Virus record (IMG/VR): IMGVR_UViG_3300008807_000160
Coordinates: 1 to 50,310 of that record
DNA: 50,310 bases
DNA from: a virus
Direction: 5' to 3' (one strand)
A model generated the notes under the pieces. It saw only the letters and a program-made list of their open reading frames with translations, was not told where the DNA came from and did not search any database. The position numbers were made by a program, and so were the translations under genes. Positions 40,360 to 48,785 of this stretch are shown here, one piece after another. Position 1 is the stretch's first letter. Each line of letters opens with the position of its first letter.

Positions 40360-40842
40360 GTGCTTGGCTTTGACGCCTCGGGCCGTCTGGCACTAGGCCA
40401 GATCGGATCGTCCGGAGCCACCACGTTGGCGGCCGGTGCGGGGGCGTTTGCCCTGACTGGCGTTGATGCGCTGTTTGCAGCGTCGATGCCGTCCAGTGCC
40501 GGCAGTTATAGCCTGACTGGAATCGATGCTGTCTTTTCTGTCTCTGGCGCGGCCACCGCCGGGAGCTTTTCGGAGACCGGAATTGACGCGGCGTTCAGCC
40601 TGTCGATGTCGTCAGGCACCGCGAGCTATGTCTTGACCGGGATTGACGCCACTCTGATCTCGAGCGTGGCCGTTGTCGTCCGAAGGCTGATCGAAAACGG
40701 CGGGATGGTTCTGGGGTTTGACTCCGTCTCAAACCTGGCGATTACCGAGCTTCCTCAGGTTCACGAGGAAGGCGACACAGACGATGCAACGAGGCTGCCT
40801 CTCTACGTGCGAGGCGCCAGCTATTGGAGAGGCCGCGCCTGA
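40360..40842 (+). CDS. Tail-module protein with four tandem ~20-aa repeats
   Basis: GTG start. The repeats are AGAFALTGVDALFAASMPSS, AGSYSLTGIDAVFSVSGAAT, AGSFSETGIDAAFSLSMSSGT and ASYVLTGIDATLISS (nt 40438-40665). Confidence 0.6.
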   Translation: MLGFDASGRLALGQIGSSGATTLAAGAGAFALTGVDALFAASMPSSAGSYSLTGIDAVFSVSGAATAGSFSETGIDAAFSLSMSSGTASYVLTGIDATLISSVAVVVRRLIENGGMVLGFDSVSNLAITELPQVHEEGDTDDATRLPLYVRGASYWRGRA

Positions 40843-41303
40843 TGTCATCGCCAGCTTACATCAAGGGCGACTTCTGGCGCATCTGCGACGAGTGCGGCTT
40901 CAAGGTTCGCTCATCGTACACCAGGAAGCGCTGGGACGGCCTCATGGTCTGCCTGGCTGACTTCGAGGAGAGGCATCCTCAGGACTTCGTCAGGGGCGTG
41001 ATTGACCGGCAGACCGTGCCAGATCCGCGCCCCGAGCCGGTTGATAGCGTCATTGGGCCTTTGACGACGACGGTTGGCCAGGCCGCGATACCTGGCGCCG
41101 TGCTTGTCTATGTCGCTTCGACGGTTCGCTTCCTGGACAATGACCGCATCGGCATTCTCCTTGATGGCGGGGACGAACTCAGGACGACTGTTGCCTCTGT
41201 TGCCGATCTCGATCTCTTGCAGATCGCCGACCCGCTGCCCATCGGGGTTTCTGTCGGAAACCTCGTGACCAACTACTCCGCAATCTCAACTCCGGCGCTT
41301 TAA
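40842..41303 (+). CDS. Tail-module protein with N-terminal Cys motif (153 aa)
   Basis: ATG 40842 (TGATG overlap). Contains CDECGF...W.GLMVC..DFEERHPQDFVRG. Confidence 0.6.
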   Translation: MSSPAYIKGDFWRICDECGFKVRSSYTRKRWDGLMVCLADFEERHPQDFVRGVIDRQTVPDPRPEPVDSVIGPLTTTVGQAAIPGAVLVYVASTVRFLDNDRIGILLDGGDELRTTVASVADLDLLQIADPLPIGVSVGNLVTNYSAISTPAL

Positions 41304-42262
41304 TGACCACATCGGGCACCTACGATTACAGCCGGAACAGGAACCAGATCCTGACCCGCGCGCTGCGCCTGTGCAAGGCCATTGCCGACGGCGAGGAACC
41401 GGATAGCCAGATGCTTGATGGCGCGGCCGACGCCCTCAACTCGATGATCAAGCACTGGCAGGGCACGGGCATCCATATCTGGCGCACGACGGAATGCGCC
41501 GTATTCCTTCAGGCCAACCAGACCCGCTACGAACTGTCCTCGAGCTCGTCTGACCATGCCACCGAGACGTTCGTGCAAACCGCGATCTCGGCCGACTTCA
41601 TCAGCGGCGTTTCGGCGGTTACGGTTGACTCCATCACCGGCATCGGCGCCAGCTACTATATCGGCATTCAGTTGGATGACGGCTCGTTCTTCTGGACGAC
41701 GGTCAACGGTGCTCCATCCGGTTCGACTGTCAACCTGGCTGCGGTCACTACGGATTCAGTGTCAGATGGCGCGGTCGTCATTGCCTACCAGACCAAGCTC
41801 GTTCGGCCGCTCTCGATCGTCTCCGCCAGGCGCTTCAACCTCGAGAGTTCGATCGATACGCCGATCCAGATCTGGGATCGCATCGAATACCAGGACATGC
41901 CGAACAAGACGTCATCGGGAGCGCCCAACGCGGTCTATTACGATCGCCGGGGCGGGGCGAACTCGTCCGGCTATCTCTACGTCTGGCAGCCAAATTCCTC
42001 GCCGGAATACTGCCTGAAACTGACGGTCGCGCGTCCCATCCAGATCTTCTCCGCTTCCTCCAATACTCCGGACATCCCGGAGGAATGGACCAATGCGATC
42101 ACGTGGAATTTGGCCGAGGAATTGTCGGTTGAGTACGATACGCCTGACACGGTCTACGCCAAGATCCAAAAGAAGGCCGCTGAATACCTCGCTGACGTGA
42201 ACTGGTTCGAGGAAGAGTTGGCCGCGTCCATCCAGATCGTACCGGATCTTCGCCGTCGATGA
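41303..42262 (+). CDS. Neck/tail structural protein (possible adaptor or tail-tubular-A-like)
   Basis: 319 aa, assigned from position between the fibre-associated genes and the large beta-propeller-like protein. The assignment is weak. Confidence 0.45.
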   Translation: MTTSGTYDYSRNRNQILTRALRLCKAIADGEEPDSQMLDGAADALNSMIKHWQGTGIHIWRTTECAVFLQANQTRYELSSSSSDHATETFVQTAISADFISGVSAVTVDSITGIGASYYIGIQLDDGSFFWTTVNGAPSGSTVNLAAVTTDSVSDGAVVIAYQTKLVRPLSIVSARRFNLESSIDTPIQIWDRIEYQDMPNKTSSGAPNAVYYDRRGGANSSGYLYVWQPNSSPEYCLKLTVARPIQIFSASSNTPDIPEEWTNAITWNLAEELSVEYDTPDTVYAKIQKKAAEYLADVNWFEEELAASIQIVPDLRRR

Positions 42263-43668
42263 TCATCCAGTTCGCGACGCAGACCTACAAGAGCCGGTCG
42301 CGTCAATTGTCGTCTCAACGCGCCGTGAATTGCTACGCGGAAGCGCAGCCGAAGGACGCGAAGACGCCTGTTGCCCTGTTTGGTTCTCCCGGTATCGTCG
42401 AGTTCACAAGTTGCGGGTCTGGCCCGGTGCGTGGCTTCCACGTCATGGGTGGCGTACTCTATGTGGTGTCGGGTCAAAGGCTCTATAGCGTCTCATCGAC
42501 CGGGGCGGCCACGGACATCGGCGGCAATATCACGGGCTCAGACCCGGTCTCGATGGACGACAACGGCTCCCAGCTCGTCATCGTCAATGGGACGAATGGC
42601 TATCTGTATTCGACGCTGCTCGGTTTCGTGCTGATTTCGGACACCGATTTCAACGCTGCAAGCACCACGACATTCTTTGACCAGCGGTTCGTGTTCGATT
42701 GGAAGGATACGAACAAGTTCTTCTGTTCTGACGCGCTTGATGGGACGGCGTACACCGCGACAGCGTTTGCCTCCGCGGAAACGCGGCCGGACAACGTCCT
42801 TGCGGTCATCCTGAACAAGCAAATCCTGCTTGTCTGTGGTACGAATTCGATCGAGCCTTGGCAGAACGTCGGGGCGGCCAACTTCCCATTCGAGCGGTTG
42901 CCTGGCGCCGTGATCGAGCGCGGAATTGCATCGCCTCGCGCGATCTGCAAGGCGGACAACAGCGTCTTCCTGATGGGCGACGATCGGATTTTCTACCGCC
43001 TTGATGGAATGTCACTGTCGCGTGTCTCCACCTTCGCCCTTGAAGACGAGTGGCAGGAATACCCGGATTTCGACAGCCTGCTGGTCTTCTCCTATACGTG
43101 GGTCGGTCATAAGTTCGTCGTTGTCACCTTCCCGGAGTCTGCGAAGACCTACGAATTGGACATCGCCACGGGCCTGTGGCACGAGCGCGAATCCTGGGAT
43201 CAGAACAACAGGTCATTGGGCCGCTGGCGGGCAAACTGCCACGTTCAAGCCTATGGCTATGAGCTGATCGGCGACTCCGAGACCGGGAAGATCGGCTATC
43301 TGTCGTCAGACACGTTTACCGAGTTCGGCAACACGATGCAGCTTCTGGCCGTATCGCCGCCGATCCACTCGGATCGCAAGCGCGTGTTCATTCCTCGCCT
43401 TGAGATCGATATGGAGTCTGGCGTCGGTTTGGCGACGGGGCAGGGCTCAGATCCTCAGGTGATGCTCCGCTATTCCAAGGACGGGGGCATTACCTGGAGC
43501 GCTCGCCAGCTCTGGCGCACGATGGGCAGGCAGGGCGCCTACAAGACCCGCATGCGCTGGCTCAACCTTGGCAATTCCAGGGAATGGGTGTTCGAGGTGA
43601 CGGTTTCAGACCCGGTCTATCGCAGCATCATTTCGGCGAATGCTGACGTGACGGTGGGCGTGGCATGA
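42259..43668 (+). CDS. Tail hub / DNA-stabilisation-like protein (possible P22 gp10-type beta-propeller)
   Basis: 469 aa. Repeated beta-strand-like segments (GGVLYVVSGQRLYSV, SQLVIVNGTNGYLYS). The family call is from memory only. Confidence 0.45.
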   Translation: MIIQFATQTYKSRSRQLSSQRAVNCYAEAQPKDAKTPVALFGSPGIVEFTSCGSGPVRGFHVMGGVLYVVSGQRLYSVSSTGAATDIGGNITGSDPVSMDDNGSQLVIVNGTNGYLYSTLLGFVLISDTDFNAASTTTFFDQRFVFDWKDTNKFFCSDALDGTAYTATAFASAETRPDNVLAVILNKQILLVCGTNSIEPWQNVGAANFPFERLPGAVIERGIASPRAICKADNSVFLMGDDRIFYRLDGMSLSRVSTFALEDEWQEYPDFDSLLVFSYTWVGHKFVVVTFPESAKTYELDIATGLWHERESWDQNNRSLGRWRANCHVQAYGYELIGDSETGKIGYLSSDTFTEFGNTMQLLAVSPPIHSDRKRVFIPRLEIDMESGVGLATGQGSDPQVMLRYSKDGGITWSARQLWRTMGRQGAYKTRMRWLNLGNSREWVFEVTVSDPVYRSIISANADVTVGVA

Positions 43669-44108
43669 CCATATCCGCCGCCGCGACCGGAACGCCGATC
43701 CCGAAGGTAAACAGCCTCGTTCAGTTCGTTGACCCGAAAACCGGCGTCCTGTCGGAGCACGGCAACCAGCTCTTGAGTGCCTGGTACAATTTCATCGTCG
43801 GCATGAACCGGATCACGCCGTGCAATGCCACGGGAACGAACGTGATCACGCTGACGCCGCTCGATGCGGCTCCGCTGATCGAGAAATACACCGACTTTGA
43901 GATCTACGGCTTTACTGCCGCGAACACCTCAACGGGCACGGTGACTGCGACGGTTGTCCCCAAGAAGGGCACGCTGGCAACGCTGAAGGTCTACAAGACC
44001 GATGGCGCTGCGCAGGCGACCACAAACGACATCGTGGCCGGCTCGTTCTATTGGCTGGTCTATGTCGATAGCCTTGATACCGGAGCAGGAGGCTTCGTCC
44101 TGAAATGA
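43665..44108 (+). CDS. Hypothetical tail-module protein (147 aa)
   Basis: ORF-track ORF, coupled on both sides. Confidence 0.6.
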   Translation: MTISAAATGTPIPKVNSLVQFVDPKTGVLSEHGNQLLSAWYNFIVGMNRITPCNATGTNVITLTPLDAAPLIEKYTDFEIYGFTAANTSTGTVTATVVPKKGTLATLKVYKTDGAAQATTNDIVAGSFYWLVYVDSLDTGAGGFVLK

Positions 44109-44572
44109 AGGCCGAAATTCGCGCGGCAACACCTGATGACGTTATCTCCATTGTCGAAATGGGCAAGGCGTTCTTCGAGGAATCTCCCTTCGCATCGATC
44201 GCGGAATGGGACGCTGGATCGTTTCAGGCGACGGTCCTTTCGCTGATGAGCGGCAGCACTCCGGGTGGATTGCTTGTGGCCGAAAGCGATGGGAAGCTTG
44301 TTGGGATGGCTGGATACGTCATTTTCCCGCTGTATTTCAATATGTCTGTCTTCGGAGGTCAGGAAGTGTTTTGGTATTGCAGGCCAGAGCACAGGACGGG
44401 GATTGGCTCTACCCTGATGGACGAACTGGAAATTGACGCCGCGAAGAGTGGAGCGTCTTTCTTCATCGGCGCGCATCTTTCCGGAGAGCGTGATGCGGCT
44501 TTCTCACGCTTGTATCGGCGCCGCGGATACATTCCGGGCGAAAGCACCCATATCAGGATCTTGGCTTCATGA
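44105..44572 (+). CDS. GNAT-family acetyltransferase embedded in the tail/ejection module
   Basis: 155 aa. Motif A is WYCRPEHRTGIGSTLMDEL. 4-nt overlaps with both neighbours. Confidence 0.7.
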   Translation: MKAEIRAATPDDVISIVEMGKAFFEESPFASIAEWDAGSFQATVLSLMSGSTPGGLLVAESDGKLVGMAGYVIFPLYFNMSVFGGQEVFWYCRPEHRTGIGSTLMDELEIDAAKSGASFFIGAHLSGERDAAFSRLYRRRGYIPGESTHIRILAS

Positions 44573-45285
44573 TCGGTACTGCACTTGCCATTCTTGGTGC
44601 TGGCATTCTCGGCGCCGGCGCCACCATGTACGGTGCCAGCAAGGCTTCAAGCGCGCAAGAGAAGGCCGCCGCGCAGGCCGCCGCCGCTCAGCAGCAGGCC
44701 CTTCAATTCCAGCGCGAGAATTACGAGAAGGCCAGCAGCAACCTCAATCCGTTCATCACCACGGGGCAGGGTGCAAACAATCTCCTGGCCTCGTTCTATG
44801 GCCTGAATGGCTCTGACCCGGCGCTTGGTCAGAATGCGCTTGCCGCCTTCCGGAACTCGCCTGATTATCAATTCGCCCTCAAGGAGGGGATCGGAGCGCT
44901 GGACAATTCCGCTGCGGCCAAGGGAAGCCTGCTGAGCGGCAACCAGCTTCGTGCTGTGACGGAATACGGCTCCGGCCTCGCGACGCAGAACCTGACCAAC
45001 TACCTGTCACGTCTTGGCGGGTTGTCCACGCAAGGGCAGAGTGCAGCCGGCATGCTGGGCCAGATCGGTTCGAGCTCGGGCGCGAACGTCAACACGGCGA
45101 GCAGCAATCTCGGCAACGCCTACATGGCGGGCGGGACGGCGGAAGCGTCCGGCATTCTCGGCATGACCAAGGGCTTCAACAGCGGCTTGAACTCGTTGTC
45201 CCTGTACAATCAGATGAGCCAGTCCGCCTATAAGCCGGCATCGTCATACGGTAATTATCTGACCAATACCGGGGCGCTCTACTAA
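44569..45285 (+). CDS. Ejection / internal virion protein A (N-terminal TM, Gln/Ala/Gly/Ser-rich)
   Basis: MIGTALAILGAGILGAGATMYG is a TM helix and the remainder is low complexity, typical of podovirus ejection proteins. Confidence 0.55.
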   Translation: MIGTALAILGAGILGAGATMYGASKASSAQEKAAAQAAAAQQQALQFQRENYEKASSNLNPFITTGQGANNLLASFYGLNGSDPALGQNALAAFRNSPDYQFALKEGIGALDNSAAAKGSLLSGNQLRAVTEYGSGLATQNLTNYLSRLGGLSTQGQSAAGMLGQIGSSSGANVNTASSNLGNAYMAGGTAEASGILGMTKGFNSGLNSLSLYNQMSQSAYKPASSYGNYLTNTGALY

Positions 45286-46385
45286 TGGCGATGATCGACA
45301 ACACGCTTGCGGCGCAAATCCCGACCTTCGACCCTGCGACTCCGCTTGCCCAGGCCTCCAAGCTGCAAGGCATGGAGATGGACAACCGGGCTGCACAGTT
45401 CAAGCAGGCCCAACTCGAGATGGGGGCTGAGGCACGCGGCCTTCAGACCTACGTCAATACTCCGGAGTTCGCCTCGAAGTGGGGCGAGGCGGCCGATCGC
45501 ATGTACCAGAAGGGCCTTCTGGACGAGCGGGCGTACAAGCAGTGGCGCAACACGCCGTCTCCACTGCTGCTCAAGAGCATGATTGCGCAGACGTCAGATC
45601 CGACGCTCGACTTCCAGAAATACAAGTTCGAGCAGGATCAGGCGATGGAGCGCCGTGGCCTTGACCTCAAGGAACGTGCCCTGAGTGCCACGATCGAGGG
45701 CGGCAAGGTCCCGACCGGCTTCCAGAAAAACCCTGATGGCTCGCTGGCGCCGATCAAGGGCGGCCCGCAAGATCCTGAGTATATCAGGGAAACGACCGCG
45801 CTGAAGGAAAAGCCGCGCCGCATGTCTGTTGGAGACATTACAAAGCTCAATGACGAGGGCGCGAAATTTGCTAACCTCAATACGTTCGGCGACACGTTTA
45901 AGGATGAGTACGGTGGCCACACGATTGTCGGCGAGGGTGCGAATGTCGCAGGTAGATACCTGCCAGAGTCCATGGTCGGAAAGGCGACCGCAGAGGGCGC
46001 CACTTGGTGGCAGGGATACGATCGCTACAAGAACGTTGTCCGCAACGACCTGTTCGGGTCTGCGCTGACCGCGCCAGAAACTGCAGCATTCGAAAAAGCT
46101 GACGTCAACCCGCGCATGGACCCGGCTCAGATCAAGAAGAATCTTCAGATCCAAAAAAGCATTGTCGAGACGGGCTTGAAGCGAAAGGCATCTGCGATGG
46201 TAGAGGAGGGATATAACCCGGCTACGATCGCCAAGGCTTACGGCATCAACCTGGAAAGCTTCGGTATCAAGGCGGACAAGGGCGGGGCTAGCAATACAAA
46301 GGCCATCACTCGCGAAGAATACGACAGGCTTGAACCTGGCGCTCAATACATGGCGCCCGATGGTAAGATGCGGGTCAAGCGCTGA
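45285..46385 (+). CDS. Ejection / internal virion protein B
   Basis: 366 aa, located between two other ejection-type proteins. Confidence 0.5.
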   Translation: MAMIDNTLAAQIPTFDPATPLAQASKLQGMEMDNRAAQFKQAQLEMGAEARGLQTYVNTPEFASKWGEAADRMYQKGLLDERAYKQWRNTPSPLLLKSMIAQTSDPTLDFQKYKFEQDQAMERRGLDLKERALSATIEGGKVPTGFQKNPDGSLAPIKGGPQDPEYIRETTALKEKPRRMSVGDITKLNDEGAKFANLNTFGDTFKDEYGGHTIVGEGANVAGRYLPESMVGKATAEGATWWQGYDRYKNVVRNDLFGSALTAPETAAFEKADVNPRMDPAQIKKNLQIQKSIVETGLKRKASAMVEEGYNPATIAKAYGINLESFGIKADKGGASNTKAITREEYDRLEPGAQYMAPDGKMRVKR

Positions 46386-48700
46386 TGGCGAATTGGTGGG
46401 ATAGCGACCCGGTAGCTTCGTCTGGTCCTGATTATGGTTCCGCGATTGCTTCTATCGAGAGTGGTGGGCGTTACGACCTCCTTGGTCCGACCACGAAGAC
46501 CGGCGATCGGGCGCATGGCAAGTATCAGGTCATGGGCGCTAATATCCCGGAGTGGACTGAAGCGGCGCTTGGGAAGCGACTGACTGCGCAAGAGTTCCTT
46601 GCAAGTCCAGACGCGCAAGAGGCTGTCTTCAAGCATCGTTTTGGCCAGTACGTTGACAAATATGGCCCCGAAGGTGCCGCCAAAGCGTGGTTTGCCGGCG
46701 AGAAGGGGATGAAAAACCCTAACGCCCGAGATCAGCTTGGAACGTCAGTGGACGAGTACGGCAAGCGCTTCACGAAGGCGCTAGGTTACGCCCCTGAAGC
46801 TCAGGCATCAAACATGGGCGCCGGCAATTGGTGGGATGCTGACCCGGTTGCGGAGCCAGATCCACAGGCCGAGCCGACCTTTGCGGACCGCTTCAAGGGC
46901 GACGAGTCAAACCCCGGCCTGAGGCAGCAAGAACCGTCGATGGTCCCGGCAGCCATTCGGGACATTCCGACCGAGATCGTCAGCGAGGCAAAAGCAGGAC
47001 TAGAGCCGATTACCGCCCTGAGCCGGCGTGGCGAAATGGGGGTGGTTGAGGGGCTGATGTCCGTCCCCAATGCGGTGGGCGGTGCACTACGGATCGCGGC
47101 CTCTCCCGTGACCGGAACTCTCAAGTCTGCCCTTGGACACCCGATTGCCGCCGCAGAGACGGCCGTGGGTGGTCTCATCAATCCAGAGGTGGCAAGAGAG
47201 CGCGAGGCGAGCGGGGCCGCCTACGAGGACGCTAAAAGGTCCGTGGAGACGGCGCTAGCCGCGGGTCGTCCGGCCAAGATGGGCGCTCCTGTGCCGCCCC
47301 CGGCCTTGACCGAAGGGCAGGAAGTCGCCCTTGCTGCCCAGCGGCAGGGGATCGACCTTCCCCGCGCTGTCACCAGCGACAGCCGCTCGGTTCAGCAAGT
47401 CGGCAAGATTGCCGCCAACGTTCCAGTTGCGGGCCAGCCGCTTCGCAAGGCTTCTCAAACCGCTCTCGATCAGATGGGCGAGGCGATGAATACCGCCCGC
47501 GCCGGCTTCGGATCGAGCGACGCCGCCACGGCTGGTCAGGTCGTGCGGGAGGGCGTGACTGAGGCCATCAAGGCCGGCCCAATCAAGCAGAAGGTGGACG
47601 CGCTTTACACCAACGTTGACAACCTGGTGAACCCGACCACGATAGCGCCGCTGCCCAATACGCGAGCCATTGCGGCTCAAATCGAGGGACGCCGGACCAA
47701 CGCAGCTCTGCCGCAAAAGGGAATGCACCACGGGCCTCCGACTCAAAAGGTGACTGAGTTGGAAGAGGCGCTGTCCCGCCCCGGCATGAATTATGAGGGG
47801 ATCAAGGATCTCAGGTCCTATTTCGGCGAAATGCTAGATGGGAATGTCGAAATTCCTCAGGGCATGAGGAATACCGAGGTCAAGCAGATCTATGGCGCCT
47901 TGTCCAAGGACATGCGCCTTGTGATCGCCCGCGCTGGTGGACCGGACGGGCTCAAGGCCTATGAGGCTGCCGAGAAGGCCGCCAAACGCTGGGCCGACGT
48001 CCGTCAGGATTTGCAGCGCGTCCTCAATGTCAACAGCGAAGAGGGCATCTTCTCCAAGATGGTGCAGGCGGCCGGCTCCAAGTCCAGCGCCGATCTCAAG
48101 CTGTTGGGGCGGGTTCGCGGCGCGGTTGGGCCGGACAAATGGAACGAGGTCGCGTCCGCGCTGGTCGAGCGGCTAGGGCGTGCGCCGGACGGAACGTTCA
48201 GCCCCGATCGTCTGCTTGGACCGAGCGGACTTGGCGGGCTGAGCCCGGAAGGTAAGCGCCTTCTATTCAGGTCTACGGGGCAGACAAGCCATGCGGACGC
48301 GATCGACGACATTGCGACCATCTCGAAGCGGTTCAAGCAGCTCAACCAATATGCCAATCCGAGCGGTACGGGGCAAACGACGCTTGGGGGCGCCTTTGGT
48401 GCCGGGCTTGTGGCCGACCCCGTGTCGGCTGTGACCACGTTCCTTGGTGCTGGCGGCTTGTCCCTAGTGCTGTCACGTCCGGCCTCTGCTCGAGCCATGG
48501 CCGCTTGGGCGCAGTCTTACCAGCGTGCGACTACGGCGCAGACGGCGGCGAATGTGCAGGGCTACCAGAAGGCCTCAAAGCTGTTTGCCACGGCGGTCGC
48601 CGACAACATCGGCAAGCAGATCGGCGGGGTCGATGTCGGGTCTTTGACGCGCCAGCTTCAAGGCGCGGTGCCCGCAGGCGCCCAGGACGAACAGAACTAG
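46385..48700 (+). CDS. Internal virion protein with N-terminal lytic-transglycosylase-like domain
   Basis: IESGGRYDLLGPTTKTGDRAHGKYQVMG is an SLT-type catalytic Glu context. 771 aa. The motif NWWD(S/A)DPVA occurs at aa 3 and again at aa 148. Confidence 0.65.
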   Translation: MANWWDSDPVASSGPDYGSAIASIESGGRYDLLGPTTKTGDRAHGKYQVMGANIPEWTEAALGKRLTAQEFLASPDAQEAVFKHRFGQYVDKYGPEGAAKAWFAGEKGMKNPNARDQLGTSVDEYGKRFTKALGYAPEAQASNMGAGNWWDADPVAEPDPQAEPTFADRFKGDESNPGLRQQEPSMVPAAIRDIPTEIVSEAKAGLEPITALSRRGEMGVVEGLMSVPNAVGGALRIAASPVTGTLKSALGHPIAAAETAVGGLINPEVAREREASGAAYEDAKRSVETALAAGRPAKMGAPVPPPALTEGQEVALAAQRQGIDLPRAVTSDSRSVQQVGKIAANVPVAGQPLRKASQTALDQMGEAMNTARAGFGSSDAATAGQVVREGVTEAIKAGPIKQKVDALYTNVDNLVNPTTIAPLPNTRAIAAQIEGRRTNAALPQKGMHHGPPTQKVTELEEALSRPGMNYEGIKDLRSYFGEMLDGNVEIPQGMRNTEVKQIYGALSKDMRLVIARAGGPDGLKAYEAAEKAAKRWADVRQDLQRVLNVNSEEGIFSKMVQAAGSKSSADLKLLGRVRGAVGPDKWNEVASALVERLGRAPDGTFSPDRLLGPSGLGGLSPEGKRLLFRSTGQTSHADAIDDIATISKRFKQLNQYANPSGTGQTTLGGAFGAGLVADPVSAVTTFLGAGGLSLVLSRPASARAMAAWAQSYQRATTAQTAANVQGYQKASKLFATAVADNIGKQIGGVDVGSLTRQLQGAVPAGAQDEQN

Positions 48701-48743
48701 CCCGTAAGGGTAAGGCACACAGAGCCAGATCAACGCGAGAGCA

Positions 48744-48769
48744 AGGGCCTCCCATCCGGGGGGCCTTTT
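48744..48769 (+). terminator. Rho-independent terminator/attenuator
   Basis: GGCCTCCC-ATCC-GGGGGGCC (one G-U pair) followed by TTTT. Confidence 0.65.
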
Positions 48770-48785
48770 CCATTCAGGAAACACG

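Noticed and set aside
46385-48700. Interpreting the 771-aa SLT-domain protein as a tape-measure protein of a siphovirus
   Set aside because: No tail-tube, tail-terminator or frameshifted chaperone genes precede it. It follows two ejection-protein-like genes, which fits a podovirus internal virion protein better. This remains an inference.
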